DNA from: Promethearchaeota archaeon
GTDB lineage: Archaea; Asgardarchaeota; Lokiarchaeia; Sigyniarchaeales; SOKP01
Length of the DNA: 25,668 nt
NCBI GenBank assembly: GCA_019894975.1
Contig: JAGXNO010000047.1
Span: 1 to 25,668 of the forward strand
Reading direction: 5' to 3'
Below are positions 8,377-18,551 of this stretch, piece after piece. The notes under the pieces are model-generated. The model was not told the DNA's origin. It saw only the letters and a program-made list of their open reading frames with translations, and searched no databases. A program made the position numbers and the translations under genes. The stretch's first letter is position 1. Each line of letters opens with the position of its first letter.

Positions 8377-11300
8377 ATGGAAAAAATTGGTTCAGTATTA
8401 GTAGTAGGTGGAGGAATAGCCGGCATTCAAGCTTCAATGGACTTAGCAGATTCAGGATATAAAGTTTATTTAGCTGAATCATCCATGAGTATAGGAGGAG
8501 TGATGTCTCAATTAGACAAAACTTTTCCTACAAATGATTGTTCTATATGCATACTTGCTCCAAAATTGGTTGCGGCAGGACGTCATGAAAATATCACACT
8601 TCTGATTAATACGAATTTAGAAAAAATTGATGGTGTTCCTGGTAACTTCACAGTTGAGTTGAAACAAACCTCTTTGTTATTAGATCAAGAAAACTGTACA
8701 GGTTGTGGCGTTTGTGCTCAAGAATGCCCTGTAGAAGCAATTGACTTCTTTAATGAGGGATTATCAAATAGAGCCGCAATATCAGTAAAGTTTCCACAAG
8801 CAGTTCCATTAGTTTTTTCAATTGATCAAGATCTCTGTATAGGTTGTGGATTTTGTAAAGGAGTGTGTAAAGCTAAGGCAATAGATTACACTCTTGAAGA
8901 TAAATTTACCTCTCTGAATGTTGGAGCTATTGTTTTAGCCCTTGGGTTTGATGAATACGATCCTAGCCTTACCCAACATTATGGATATAGCAAATATTTG
9001 AATGTGGTTACTAGTATTGAATTTGAACGTGTATTAAGCGCAAGTGGACCACATTCGGGACTTATTCTTAGACCATCTGATGGAATAATTCCTAAAAAAA
9101 TAGCATTCCTACAGTGTGTTGGATCAAGAGATAAAAAACATGGGGCAGAGTATTGTTCTTCAGTTTGTTGTATGTACACTGCTAAAGAAGCAGTAATTGC
9201 GAAAGAACATATGGATATTGTTAACCCAACGATCTTCTCAATGGATATAAGGGCTGTTGGCAAAGATTTCGATAAATACATTGAGCGTGCACAAGATGAA
9301 TATGGGATAAGATATGTTAGAAGCAGAATATCAGATATCAAGGAATTATCAAACACAAAAGACTTAGTTCTTCATTATGAAAATGAAGATGGAAAGGTAG
9401 TTAGTGAAATCTTTAATCTGGTTGTTTTAGCGGTAGGTGCTTTGCCAAATCGTAGCACAGCAGAAATAGCAAAGAAACTAAACATTGAATTGAATGAGTA
9501 TGACTTCTGCAAGACAAAACCATTTTCACCGGTTGAGACATCTAGAGAAGGAATATATGTATGTGGCATGATTTCAGAACCCAAAGACATTCCAGAAACA
9601 GTTGTAGAAGCGAGTGCTGCCGCAGGTGCTGTAAATCTCCTTTTATCTGAAGCTAGAAACACACTAGTTACTGAAAAAGAACTACCAAAAGAGATCGATG
9701 TAAGTGGAGAACCTCCTCGTATAGGCGTTTTTATATGTCATTGTGGTATTAACATTGGAGGGGTGGTAGACGTTCCTGAAGTTGTTGAATATGCAAGTAA
9801 ATTACCTGATGTAATCTATGCAGAAAGAAATTTGTATACATGCTCCGCCGATACCCAAACGAATATTAAAGAACAAATAAAAGAACATAACTTAAATAGG
9901 GTAATTGTTGCATCATGTACACCAAGAACTCATGAGCCCTTATTCCAAGCAACCATTAGGGAAGCAGGATTAAATAAGTATCTATTCGATTTAGCAAATA
10001 TTCGAGATCAATGTTCATGGGTACATATGCATGAACCAGAGAAAGCAACAGAGAAAGCAAAAGATTTAGTGAGAATGGCTATTGCCAAAGCTCGTAAATT
10101 AGTCCCTCTTCAAGAACAGCAAATAGAGGTTATTCATGAAGGAATGGTAATTGGAGGGGGCATTGCAGGTATGACAGCAGCATTGAATCTTGCAAATCAA
10201 GGATTTGAAGTATTCCTCGTGGAGAAAAGTGAAAAATTAGGAGGATTTTCTAATAATATATATCAAACGATAGAAAATCATGATGTACAAGAATTTCTAA
10301 AAGATTTAATAGATAAAGTTACTAATCATAAGCTAATTAATGTATTTCTTTATGCTAAAATTAACTCAATTGGCGGATATGTTTGTAACTTCACAACTAA
10401 CATCTCCTTTGGTGAAGATAAACAAGTTAAAGAATTTCAGCACGGCATTATTATTGTTGCTACTGGAGCTCACGAATATCAGCCAAAAGAGGGTGAATTT
10501 CTTTTTGATAAAGATGGTAGAGTCATATTACAATCAGATTTAGAGAAAATTCTGTTTACAGAAGAAAATAAAATTAATGAATTGAAATCAATAGTAATGA
10601 TACAGTGCGTAGGCTCAAGAAACGATGAAAACCCTTATTGCAGTAGGATGTGTTGCAGTGAAGCTATTAAGAACGCATTAAAAGCCAAAGAAATTAATCC
10701 GAAACTTAACATCACTGTTTTATATAGGGATATTAGAACCTACGGGTTTAAGGAAAAGTATTACAATTTAGCGAGAGAAAAAGGAGTTATTTTTCTAAGA
10801 TTTAAAGATGATAAACCTCCAGAAATTAAATTAGAAAATGGAAAATTAAATGTTTATGTTAATAAACCAGATATTGGGAATATCAAGATAAATGCTGACT
10901 TAGTTGCCCTAAGCGCAGGAATAGTCGCCGATGGTATAGCAAACGAAAATTTAGCAAAAATGTTGAAAGTTCCTACAAATGATGATAATTTCTTCTTAGA
11001 AGCTCATGTAAAGCTTCGACCTTCTGATTTTGCAACTGATGGTATCTTTTTATGTGGTACTGCTCGGGGAACAGCAACAATTAGAGAAAGTATTGCACAG
11101 GCAATGTCAGCTGCCTCCAGAGCCACCACAATATTATCTAAAGATATTTACATAACTGAAGGTGTTATTTCCAAGGTTGATCCTGCCTTGTGTATTGGAT
11201 GTAATAGATGTGCTGAAGTTTGTAGTTATGGGGCAGTTGGCGTAAAATATGAAGATGGTTTAATGATTTCTGAAGTTAATCCTTTACTTTGTAAAGGTTG

Positions 11301-11838
11301 TGGGGATTGTGCTGCTGAATGTCCCGCAGAAGCTATAACAATGAGTCATTTTGGACGTATTCAAATTGAACCAATGATAACCGAAGCTGCTAAAGTCACA
11401 GACACAGATGGGCAGCCCCGAATTGTTGCGTTTCTCTGTAACTGGTGTAGCTACGCAGGTGCCGATCTCGCTGGTGTGAGTCGCTATCAATACCCCCCGA
11501 ATATAAGAACGATAAGAGTTATGTGCTCAGGGGGCATTCCTAAGAGTTTTATATTACAAGCATTTTTAGAAGGTGCTGATGGCGTCTTTGTAGGGGGTTG
11601 TCATCTAGGTGATTGTCACTATATAGCGGGAAATCAAGATACTTTAAGAAGAACTGATGAGATTGTAAAAATTATAGGATCGCTAGGAATAAATCCAGAA
11701 AGATTCATGCGAAAGTGGGTTTCTGCAAGTGAAGGAAAAATCTTTGCGGAAACCATTACAGAATTTACCGATAGGTTAAAAAAACTCGGTCCTATTGAAA
11801 ATGATTATAAAAAAGAAGAAGTTCTAATAACAAAATAA
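8377..11838 (+). CDS. hdrA: Large HdrA(half A)-HdrA(half B)-MvhD fusion protein
   Basis: aa ~1-425 match half A ([17 protein letters not shown], inserted ferredoxin). aa ~448-1005 match half B ([22 protein letters not shown]-terminal ferredoxin). aa ~1013-1140 are MvhD ([24 protein letters not shown]). Confidence 0.94.
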   Translation: MEKIGSVLVVGGGIAGIQASMDLADSGYKVYLAESSMSIGGVMSQLDKTFPTNDCSICILAPKLVAAGRHENITLLINTNLEKIDGVPGNFTVELKQTSLLLDQENCTGCGVCAQECPVEAIDFFNEGLSNRAAISVKFPQAVPLVFSIDQDLCIGCGFCKGVCKAKAIDYTLEDKFTSLNVGAIVLALGFDEYDPSLTQHYGYSKYLNVVTSIEFERVLSASGPHSGLILRPSDGIIPKKIAFLQCVGSRDKKHGAEYCSSVCCMYTAKEAVIAKEHMDIVNPTIFSMDIRAVGKDFDKYIERAQDEYGIRYVRSRISDIKELSNTKDLVLHYENEDGKVVSEIFNLVVLAVGALPNRSTAEIAKKLNIELNEYDFCKTKPFSPVETSREGIYVCGMISEPKDIPETVVEASAAAGAVNLLLSEARNTLVTEKELPKEIDVSGEPPRIGVFICHCGINIGGVVDVPEVVEYASKLPDVIYAERNLYTCSADTQTNIKEQIKEHNLNRVIVASCTPRTHEPLFQATIREAGLNKYLFDLANIRDQCSWVHMHEPEKATEKAKDLVRMAIAKARKLVPLQEQQIEVIHEGMVIGGGIAGMTAALNLANQGFEVFLVEKSEKLGGFSNNIYQTIENHDVQEFLKDLIDKVTNHKLINVFLYAKINSIGGYVCNFTTNISFGEDKQVKEFQHGIIIVATGAHEYQPKEGEFLFDKDGRVILQSDLEKILFTEENKINELKSIVMIQCVGSRNDENPYCSRMCCSEAIKNALKAKEINPKLNITVLYRDIRTYGFKEKYYNLAREKGVIFLRFKDDKPPEIKLENGKLNVYVNKPDIGNIKINADLVALSAGIVADGIANENLAKMLKVPTNDDNFFLEAHVKLRPSDFATDGIFLCGTARGTATIRESIAQAMSAASRATTILSKDIYITEGVISKVDPALCIGCNRCAEVCSYGAVGVKYEDGLMISEVNPLLCKGCGDCAAECPAEAITMSHFGRIQIEPMITEAAKVTDTDGQPRIVAFLCNWCSYAGADLAGVSRYQYPPNIRTIRVMCSGGIPKSFILQAFLEGADGVFVGGCHLGDCHYIAGNQDTLRRTDEIVKIIGSLGINPERFMRKWVSASEGKIFAETITEFTDRLKKLGPIENDYKKEEVLITK

Positions 11839-11875
11839 AATAAATTCAAGTTCATAAAATTAGGAGTTTGGTAAT

Positions 11876-12574
11876 ATGATAATAACTAAACAGAAGGATA
11901 TTGAAGAAATATATGATATGATCAAACCATATTCAAAAATCTTGGTAACTGGGTGTGACGGTTGCTGTCAACCTCCACGCTCAATAAACGAAGCAAAATT
12001 ACTTGCACAAATGCTCGAATTGAAGGCAAGGAGTGAAGGAAAAGAACTACAATGGAAGGCTATCACTGTGTTAAGGCAGTGTGATGATAGGATTGCTGCT
12101 ACAACCCTTAGACCCTTTAGTGAAGAATATGATGCCATAGTCTCATTAGCGTGCGGTCTAGGAGTTGGCATGTTAAATAGAATTGTCCCCTCAATTCTTA
12201 CTTTTCCGGCACAAGATAGTATGTTTGGCGGAGCAGAAAATAACGGTGAAAATTATTTTGTAGAATATTGCGAGACATGCGGTGAATGTTTATTAGGAGT
12301 TACAGGAGGCATATGCCCTATGGCCGGATGTGCAAAAAACTTAAGCAATGGTCCCTGTGGCGGACAAGTTGAAGGAAAATGTGAGGTAGGAGGATATATA
12401 CATGAGTGCGCATGGGTAAAGATATTTACTCGCTTAAAACAATTTAACAGACTCGATCTATTTACAGTCTACAGACCTCCTCGAAACTACAATCTATGGT
12501 CAAGCCCAAGATTTATGCATATATACGAACCTGCTTCAAATGAGGAAGAACAAAAAAAGGAGGAGAAAACATAA
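11876..12574 (+). CDS. metV: Methylenetetrahydrofolate reductase Fe-S/Zn subunit MetV (MTHFR_C domain)
   Basis: MIITKQK start, GCDGC, RQCD, LACGLGV, CETCGECLL..TGGICP..GCAKNLSNGPCGG..GKCEV..CAW; adjacent to metF. Confidence 0.92.
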   Translation: MIITKQKDIEEIYDMIKPYSKILVTGCDGCCQPPRSINEAKLLAQMLELKARSEGKELQWKAITVLRQCDDRIAATTLRPFSEEYDAIVSLACGLGVGMLNRIVPSILTFPAQDSMFGGAENNGENYFVEYCETCGECLLGVTGGICPMAGCAKNLSNGPCGGQVEGKCEVGGYIHECAWVKIFTRLKQFNRLDLFTVYRPPRNYNLWSSPRFMHIYEPASNEEEQKKEEKT

Positions 12575-13507
12575 ATGACAAACAGACCAGCTTTTAGTAA
12601 TTTAGTAAAAACGATCAAAGAAGGAAAATTCGTATTCACGGGGGAATTAGAACCAGAAAAAGATTTTGATTTAACCCATGTTCTACATTCTGCCGAAGAA
12701 ATGAAAAACACTGGAAAAATAATTGCAGCGAATGTTACTGATGGCCCTCAAGGAGATGCATATACATGCTCCATGGTACCTTGTTACTTAGTTCAAGAAA
12801 AAGTTGGATTAGAAGCGGTTTGGCAAATGACTGTCAGAGATAGAAATCGAATTGCTTTATTTGGGGATATACTGGGTGGAGCGATATTGGGTCTAAAAAA
12901 CTTACTTGCTTTAACAGGAGATCATTCTGCTCTTGGAGATCATAAAGGTGCAAGAGCTGTGTATGATTTAGATTCCACTCAATTGATTGCATTAGTCTCA
13001 AAAATGGTTGATGAAGGAGTTGACTTAGAAGGAAATGAAATAAGAGGGGGAAAACCTCAAATAAATGTAGGTTGTGCCGCAAATCCAAATTCAAATCCAA
13101 GAGAACCAGAAATCTTAAAAGTCGGTAGAAAGGTAGAAGTAGGGGCAGATTTTGTTCAAACTCAAACTTCATTTGATATTGATGATGCTAAGGAATTCTT
13201 AAAAGAACTGGAAAGGTATAATATTCCTGTTTTACTAGGCTTATTCCCAATAAAAAACTATGGAATTGCGTGGTATTTTAATGAATATATACCTGGTGTT
13301 TCGGTTCCTCAAGATTTTCTTGATGCCCTAAAGAAGACTAAAAAAATAAAAGATAAAGCAGAAAAATATGCTGCAATAGATAAAATTAATCTAGACTTTT
13401 TCGAGCCATTTATCAAAGAAATCAAGAAAACTACGAAAGCCGCAGGAATTCATTGCATGGCAGTACATTATGAAAGATTATTCGACCCACTCCTGAAGGA
13501 TTTCTAA
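12575..13507 (+). CDS. metF: 5,10-methylenetetrahydrofolate reductase catalytic subunit
   Basis: FTGELEP, NVTDGP, QMTVRDRNRIAL, LALTGDH, VYDLDS, GADFVQTQ, PGVSVP, GIHCM; SD AAGGAGG. Confidence 0.93.
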   Translation: MTNRPAFSNLVKTIKEGKFVFTGELEPEKDFDLTHVLHSAEEMKNTGKIIAANVTDGPQGDAYTCSMVPCYLVQEKVGLEAVWQMTVRDRNRIALFGDILGGAILGLKNLLALTGDHSALGDHKGARAVYDLDSTQLIALVSKMVDEGVDLEGNEIRGGKPQINVGCAANPNSNPREPEILKVGRKVEVGADFVQTQTSFDIDDAKEFLKELERYNIPVLLGLFPIKNYGIAWYFNEYIPGVSVPQDFLDALKKTKKIKDKAEKYAAIDKINLDFFEPFIKEIKKTTKAAGIHCMAVHYERLFDPLLKDF

Positions 13508-13594
13508 AAAGAAGATTTTAGATTGGAAAAACACATTAGTATTTAATTTTACAATTTTTTACAATTTGTTAGTAAAAGGAAAAGGAGGTTAAAA

Positions 13595-14047
13595 ATGAAA
13601 AATTTGGATAGTAAAGATAAAAGAATTCTTGAAATGCTTCTTGAGGATTCAAGAAGACCATACCATGAAATTGCAGCAGATAAAGACGTAAATTTATCTG
13701 AATCTACTGTCAGAAAAAGAGTAATTAAATTACAGGAAGGGGGGATAATAGAAAAATTCACCATTAAGATCTGCCGTGAAGATGAGAGATGTATATATGC
13801 TTTCCTTACGCTTATACCTAAAAATGAATCGGAAATAAAAGATTTATTAAGAGAGACCGTTTTACTTCCACAATGTGAAGAAGTATTTAAACTAGATGGT
13901 AGATGTGGTATATTAATAAAAGTAAATGTGCCTGATACCAATGAATTAGATGCAATTTTGGAGATGTTTCGTTCCCGAACTGATATCGAAACTGTTGAAA
14001 GGATATGTGTAGTGTTAAAACCCATTAAAACAGTTACCCAAGCCTAA
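13595..14047 (+). CDS. Lrp/AsnC family transcriptional regulator
   Basis: LDSKDKRILEMLLEDSRRPYHEIA...LSESTVRKRVIKLQEGGIIEKFTI HTH followed by a RAM-like domain; SD AAGGAGGT. Confidence 0.93.
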   Translation: MKNLDSKDKRILEMLLEDSRRPYHEIAADKDVNLSESTVRKRVIKLQEGGIIEKFTIKICREDERCIYAFLTLIPKNESEIKDLLRETVLLPQCEEVFKLDGRCGILIKVNVPDTNELDAILEMFRSRTDIETVERICVVLKPIKTVTQA

Positions 14048-14079
14048 ATTCATGATAACTAATAAAAGTACTGAAAATA

Positions 14080-14108
14080 AGAGAAGAATAAAAGTCTTCT
14101 CTCTTTTT
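14080..14108 (+). terminator. Hairpin + T-tract, putative terminator of the hdr-met-lrp operon
   Basis: AGAGAAGA (14080-14087), 7-nt loop, TCTTCTCT (14095-14102), then CTTTTT; lies between convergent genes. Confidence 0.6.
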
Positions 14109-14231
14109 AGAATTGAGTGAAAATAGTGATCAAAAAACATAGTATCATTCAGTGGCAACTATTTAAAGTACTCGAAAATAATTATAGTAAAATATAATAC
14201 GAAAAATTACGATACGTTAGAACTTAGAATA

Positions 14232-14543
14232 CTAATATGGATTAGTCCATTTTTCTAAAAATTGCCCTAAGGTATTTGAATCTCTTGAAATTTCAATACT
14301 CTCAATAATTCCAATATTTCTTAACTTGATTTCCGAATTAACATAACACAATAGGGCATGTAGGGGATTCCCATGAAGATGAATGTGTGGAAAATACACA
14401 TTGGTTAATGATTTATGTTTCCTGACTACTTCTAATTCAACACCAATTTTTACTTTCTTATTACATTTAGGACATCTAACAACTCTCTCAACCGTTTTTT
14501 TAACATGGTCAACATCTTTAATTTTTCCGTAAACAATTACCAT
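14232..14543 (-). CDS. Small putative metal-binding protein (CPxC ... HxHLHGxPLH), resembles a hypothetical family common in Lokiarchaeia
   Basis: RCPKCNKKV...FPHIHLHGNPLHALLCYVN..LR; TTTAAATA 47 nt upstream. Confidence 0.8.
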   Translation of the reverse strand: MVIVYGKIKDVDHVKKTVERVVRCPKCNKKVKIGVELEVVRKHKSLTNVYFPHIHLHGNPLHALLCYVNSEIKLRNIGIIESIEISRDSNTLGQFLEKWTNPY

Positions 14544-14637
14544 GAATATCAGATTTATATAATTCTAATTATGATTTTTCAAAGTCAATTTATTTAAACA
14601 AAAAGATATGGGGTGTAATCTAAAAATAATTAAATTT

Positions 14638-14883
14638 CTAATTTTGATCATTTAAATCTTTCATTATTGAGTCAAAAAACTTTTTAGCTTTTTCTGGGTC
14701 TTTTAATTCATCAAAAGTCCCGATAAAGCTGTTCATTTCTGTAACTGCTAAAATATCTTTATCGGGTATGACTCCAATTTGCTTTTTGTCAAATTCTAAT
14801 AAGCATTCAGGACATTCAATTGAATTTGTGTATTCAATAACCTTTTTTGTCTTGCATCGCGGGCAATAAAACTTTTTAACCAT
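14638..14883 (-). CDS. Zinc-ribbon protein (81 aa), copy 1
   Basis: MVKKFYCPRC-x14-CPEC followed by an acidic helical tail; close paralog at 25449-25668. The 32-codon upstream extension in the ORF track is probably spurious. Confidence 0.85.
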   Translation of the reverse strand: MVKKFYCPRCKTKKVIEYTNSIECPECLLEFDKKQIGVIPDKDILAVTEMNSFIGTFDELKDPEKAKKFFDSIMKDLNDQN

Positions 14884-15226
14884 AACTCGTCCAAATCCAT
14901 TAAACAAGTATATGCTAACTAAAAATAAGTTCAACACACATATAAAACAATGGGTTGCGAGGATTTTCATTACACTCATACGACTAAAATAATCTAAACC
15001 TTTTTAAATAAAAATTAATACTAAACCCTTGCGTTTTTCCTTTAAAAACAACGAGCATTTATGTTTGATTCTGATAATAAAATTTTCTAAATGAGTGAAA
15101 CTATAATGAGATTTGGTTTTGAAAGATTTTGAATATGTTCATTTATTCAAAGATAAAAACTCACTAAATTTTTCTTTAAATACTTTCATTTTTGTACATT
15201 AACAAAAATAAAATTGTGATAAAAAA

Positions 15227-15478
15227 ATGAATTTAAGATTTGTTTTAAATAGAATAAAAAGAAAACTACACTCCCAAATAAAACTACGGGATGTAATGAG
15301 AAAAGTATGCTGGCTAGAATTTGAGAATGAGATTATCTTGAGCTTTCTAGAGAAATACAATATAGCTACATATAACCAACAGCCCCCCATCAACACAAGA
15401 CCGAAAATCCAAGATTTCGTAGGAATAGAAAATGAACCCGAATTTATTATAAATGTTATAGAGTCTTCACATAGCTAA
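15227..15478 (+). CDS. Hypothetical protein (83 aa)
   Basis: Fills the gap and converges on the 590-aa gene with a 3-nt gap; TTTTTCTTTAAATA ends 44 nt upstream of the ATG. No recognised domain. Confidence 0.55.
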   Translation: MNLRFVLNRIKRKLHSQIKLRDVMRKVCWLEFENEIILSFLEKYNIATYNQQPPINTRPKIQDFVGIENEPEFIINVIESSHS

Positions 15479-15481
15479 ATT

Positions 15482-17254
15482 CTACAGAACAAGCATCTTC
15501 TCATATAAAAGGTTTAACGGTAGCGTTGAGATATATTCAGCGTCAAAGTAGCTATCCCGAATATAGGCATAAATATTATCAGATAAGTTCCTATTATTTT
15601 TAATAAGGCTATTTAGCTGAGAAGTGATAAGCCCTGTGATAAACCGCATAATTATATTGTTTATCTTCTTTATGTTGATTCCCAGCATTACATCAACTTC
15701 CGAATCGCTATATCTATCATCATGTGTAAGTTTATTCCTGAAATTATTTAACCAGAGGAGATTACTTTCCATTTTTGTGGATAGATGAAAATATGTTACC
15801 AAGGCCTTTATTTTCGGAACTATTTTCTCATTAAACTGATCTCTACCAAATATATCATTATAGAGTCTTTCTACATATTTCCTAAAAATACTTACCATTC
15901 TATACTTATCTTGGATACCAAACAAGTCAACCCACTCTTTTATTCTGACCTGTTCTAGGTTTGTATCGATTTCCTTTCTTACACGATCTCCTAATTGGTG
16001 GGTTTGAGGGAGTTTTGGTGGTGTTACGAGTTGATTTAACCGTGATATCTCCTGAAGTAGATATGAGTATAGTTCCTTGTTCTGAATAAATATTTGGTTT
16101 TTAATAGCTTTGTCTATTACACGCGATAAGGAATCCAATCGATCCAGAAGCCATCGTTTATATTCCTTCCAGTTTTTATGTAAAGAAGGTTTTTCATTCC
16201 TCATAAAAAGTTCATCAGCAAGTTTAGGTTTAGTATTCACACTGATTGGTTCGGGAGTCGAAAATTCTACGATATCTCGAGAAATCCCTAATGTGCTACA
16301 AATATCTTCGAAATCGACAATATCTTCTTCAGAAAGTTCATAGCTTGAAAGCTTCATCTCAGACCAATTCTTAATAAATGTTTCAGGGATTCCCTCCTTC
16401 CAATGCCGATTTCGTAAATAATTATACAATTTTAGAGGGCTATACAGTTCTTCTAACTGTAAATGTGAAGCGTTCACTTTTGCACTTCTATAATCATGGA
16501 TGAGTTGGATAAATTCTTTGCCTAGTGCCTTGTTTTTTGAAACTATCAGCTCATATTCATCGGAAAAATCATGGAGATCTTTCTCTCGAGATTTTACAGA
16601 AGAGGCATCAGAGGAATATTTGAGCAACTCAGAAGCGTTTGGAAGCTCTACCTGATAATATTGGCTAGTGAAATCTAAAATTTTTTGCCAATACGTTGCA
16701 TTATAATCTTTGAGATGGATGGCAATCTTCTCAGGAGAATTATTGTGATTTACTTGTTCAAAAATTTTTGAAGAGGTATTTTTTATACTTTGAATAGAGT
16801 CTTGTAGGATCGTGGTACTCGTAGCCGAGGAGATAAGCAATCTTTCAAACTCAAGATCAGTTGAAGTCTCTGGGAAGTTTAAAAATGTTCCACTTTTCTT
16901 ATTATAGAATATAAAATCTGTCCCATTTACTAATTCGGTAATATTTTCATTGCTGTTTAATATGCAGCGAACTCCCTCTAAACTCATTATTTCTTGTATT
17001 TTAGGCTTATCTAAGTTATAGATGAAATAAAGGCTGGGAGATTGGGAATATGAATTAGAAGATTCAAACTCTAAAATATTTTTGAGATCATGTAAGACGG
17101 TAGATTCCAGATCAACTACCGTATATCCTGCGGTAAAGATTTCAAGGGCATGTAGGTGCTTAAGATCAACATAAGGAAATATCACTAGGTTTTTTTGCTG
17201 AAAAAATACAATGTTTAAAAATTCCGGTGTGAAAAAATCTTCTCCTGAATCCAT
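15482..17254 (-). CDS. Multi-domain protein with C-terminal HEPN/DUF4145-like domain (putative RNase effector)
   Basis: C-terminal pattern FRKYVE...KIKAL...LLWLNNFRNKLTH (RxxxxH at 15722-15739), after Pro-rich linkers. The N-terminal ~400 aa are unrecognised. Confidence 0.7.
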   Translation of the reverse strand: MDSGEDFFTPEFLNIVFFQQKNLVIFPYVDLKHLHALEIFTAGYTVVDLESTVLHDLKNILEFESSNSYSQSPSLYFIYNLDKPKIQEIMSLEGVRCILNSNENITELVNGTDFIFYNKKSGTFLNFPETSTDLEFERLLISSATSTTILQDSIQSIKNTSSKIFEQVNHNNSPEKIAIHLKDYNATYWQKILDFTSQYYQVELPNASELLKYSSDASSVKSREKDLHDFSDEYELIVSKNKALGKEFIQLIHDYRSAKVNASHLQLEELYSPLKLYNYLRNRHWKEGIPETFIKNWSEMKLSSYELSEEDIVDFEDICSTLGISRDIVEFSTPEPISVNTKPKLADELFMRNEKPSLHKNWKEYKRWLLDRLDSLSRVIDKAIKNQIFIQNKELYSYLLQEISRLNQLVTPPKLPQTHQLGDRVRKEIDTNLEQVRIKEWVDLFGIQDKYRMVSIFRKYVERLYNDIFGRDQFNEKIVPKIKALVTYFHLSTKMESNLLWLNNFRNKLTHDDRYSDSEVDVMLGINIKKINNIIMRFITGLITSQLNSLIKNNRNLSDNIYAYIRDSYFDAEYISTLPLNLLYEKMLVL

Positions 17255-17269
17255 TTTTGATAGGAACCT

Positions 17270-17920
17270 CTATTCACTAAAATAGTTAAAAATTACCTGC
17301 AAGATTATCTGCTTAAAACATTTCACGATATTTACTCCTTGTATTGCTTCTGCGTCATATACCACCTTAGAACCGTCCGGATAGGTATCAAGCAAAGGCA
17401 GTCCTAAAGCTATCTTAAATTTACTCAATTTAATCGCGTTTTCCAAATCTCTTTTGTTCAACTGAACAATGTATGGGATTTTCTTAGGAGAGGCAAAACT
17501 TACCAGTTCCCGAAAGCTTCTTTTATTTTGTTCTAATTTTTCAGGATTCGAATCCCCAACGAATACGATCCCGTCAGCACCGTCGAGTACATATTCTCGT
17601 GTTGATAGGAAGCGTTCTTGTCCTGTACAGGTCACCACATGGGCTATAATATTGAATTTAAGATCCTTTATTGCAAACTTAAACAAAAGATAGAGAGAGT
17701 CTTCCCATAAGGTTCTTCCTTCTGTGGTTTCGATGGAATATCCGTTCGATAATTTTAGGAGATCGAATTTTTCCTTCAAACGAAAAAAGTTGGTTGTCTT
17801 TCCACTTTCCCCAGGTCCCCAGTAGACAATTTTAAACTGAAGCATATTTTCAGCGTCGTTGAAATCGAACTCACCGCTGATTTCTAACTGACTTTCCCCT
17901 TCTTTATTGTGTAATTCCAC
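17270..17920 (-). CDS. MglA-family small GTPase (GTG start)
   Basis: KIVYWGPGESGKTTN, EGRTLWED (intrinsic Arg finger region), TCTGQERF, VLDGADGIVFVGDS, QLNKRDL, EAIQG; SD GGTGGTGA upstream. Confidence 0.92.
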   Translation of the reverse strand: MELHNKEGESQLEISGEFDFNDAENMLQFKIVYWGPGESGKTTNFFRLKEKFDLLKLSNGYSIETTEGRTLWEDSLYLLFKFAIKDLKFNIIAHVVTCTGQERFLSTREYVLDGADGIVFVGDSNPEKLEQNKRSFRELVSFASPKKIPYIVQLNKRDLENAIKLSKFKIALGLPLLDTYPDGSKVVYDAEAIQGVNIVKCFKQIILQVIFNYFSE

Positions 17921-17942
17921 TTTGGTTTCACCACCTGGCGAA

Positions 17943-18491
17943 TTAACTAATCTGCCCGAGTTTATCCGAAAAAATTTCTTTCTTTAACTCTTTAATGTGG
18001 TCTTTGATCTCTTTTTCCGTCATTTTCATGGTTCTTTGGGCTGCTTGATTGTTCTCGATTTCTTTTCTGATTTTTATCGCAAAATTGCTTAACTGGAGAA
18101 AGATGACGCCTAAATTGACATCGTTATCAGTTAACATTACGATTAAGATGTCTCGTTTCCCCTTCTTTTGGAGCTCTACTTTTCCGACTGACTTCACGAA
18201 TAACCGCATGTCATTATAGATTAATGTCGCCCTTTCTAATGATTCCGATTCGAAGAAATCTTGTCCTTGCCGTGCAACTCCATAGAGGGCAGCACCAATT
18301 GAACTTAGATCCCAATAATTTAACTTGCGATCAAAACGAGAATCGACCGCAATAATTTTAGCGTCTTGATCAATTGCAATGATACCATAGATATACCCTT
18401 TACGAACCAGTTGCCCGTGGTTATACCGTATCTCATCCAACACATCGGTTATGCTATTTTTATACAAAATTTTTGGTATGTGATTTATCAT
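17943..18491 (-). CDS. Roadblock/LC7 (MglB-like) protein with C-terminal helical extension
   Basis: Helix-IIAIDQDAKIIA-helix(LSSIGAALYGVA)-strands-VNLGVI-helix pattern; 22 nt upstream of the MglA gene. Confidence 0.85.
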   Translation of the reverse strand: MINHIPKILYKNSITDVLDEIRYNHGQLVRKGYIYGIIAIDQDAKIIAVDSRFDRKLNYWDLSSIGAALYGVARQGQDFFESESLERATLIYNDMRLFVKSVGKVELQKKGKRDILIVMLTDNDVNLGVIFLQLSNFAIKIRKEIENNQAAQRTMKMTEKEIKDHIKELKKEIFSDKLGQIS

Positions 18492-18551
18492 TTTTTTGCT
18501 TCTACTTTAATTTTTATGAGAAGATAGGGTGGAAGATATTTAAAGAAAAAA

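Noticed and set aside
4635-11838. Selenocysteine recoding in HdrA/MvhD (known selenoprotein families in Lokiarchaeia and methanococci)
   Set aside because: No in-frame TGA interrupts these ORFs; the relevant motifs (NDCSIC, CNWC, GCHLGDC) are all Cys-encoded.
3238-13507. Evidence of methanogenesis
   Set aside because: Hdr and F420-type proteins are widespread in non-methanogens, no mcr/mtr genes are present, and the linkage here is to metVF.
14884-14979. N-terminal extension of the zinc-ribbon ORF to 113 aa, and of the MFS ORF to 21944
   Set aside because: The first looks like promoter DNA read in frame. The second overlaps the upstream gene, and an SD supports the start at 21890.
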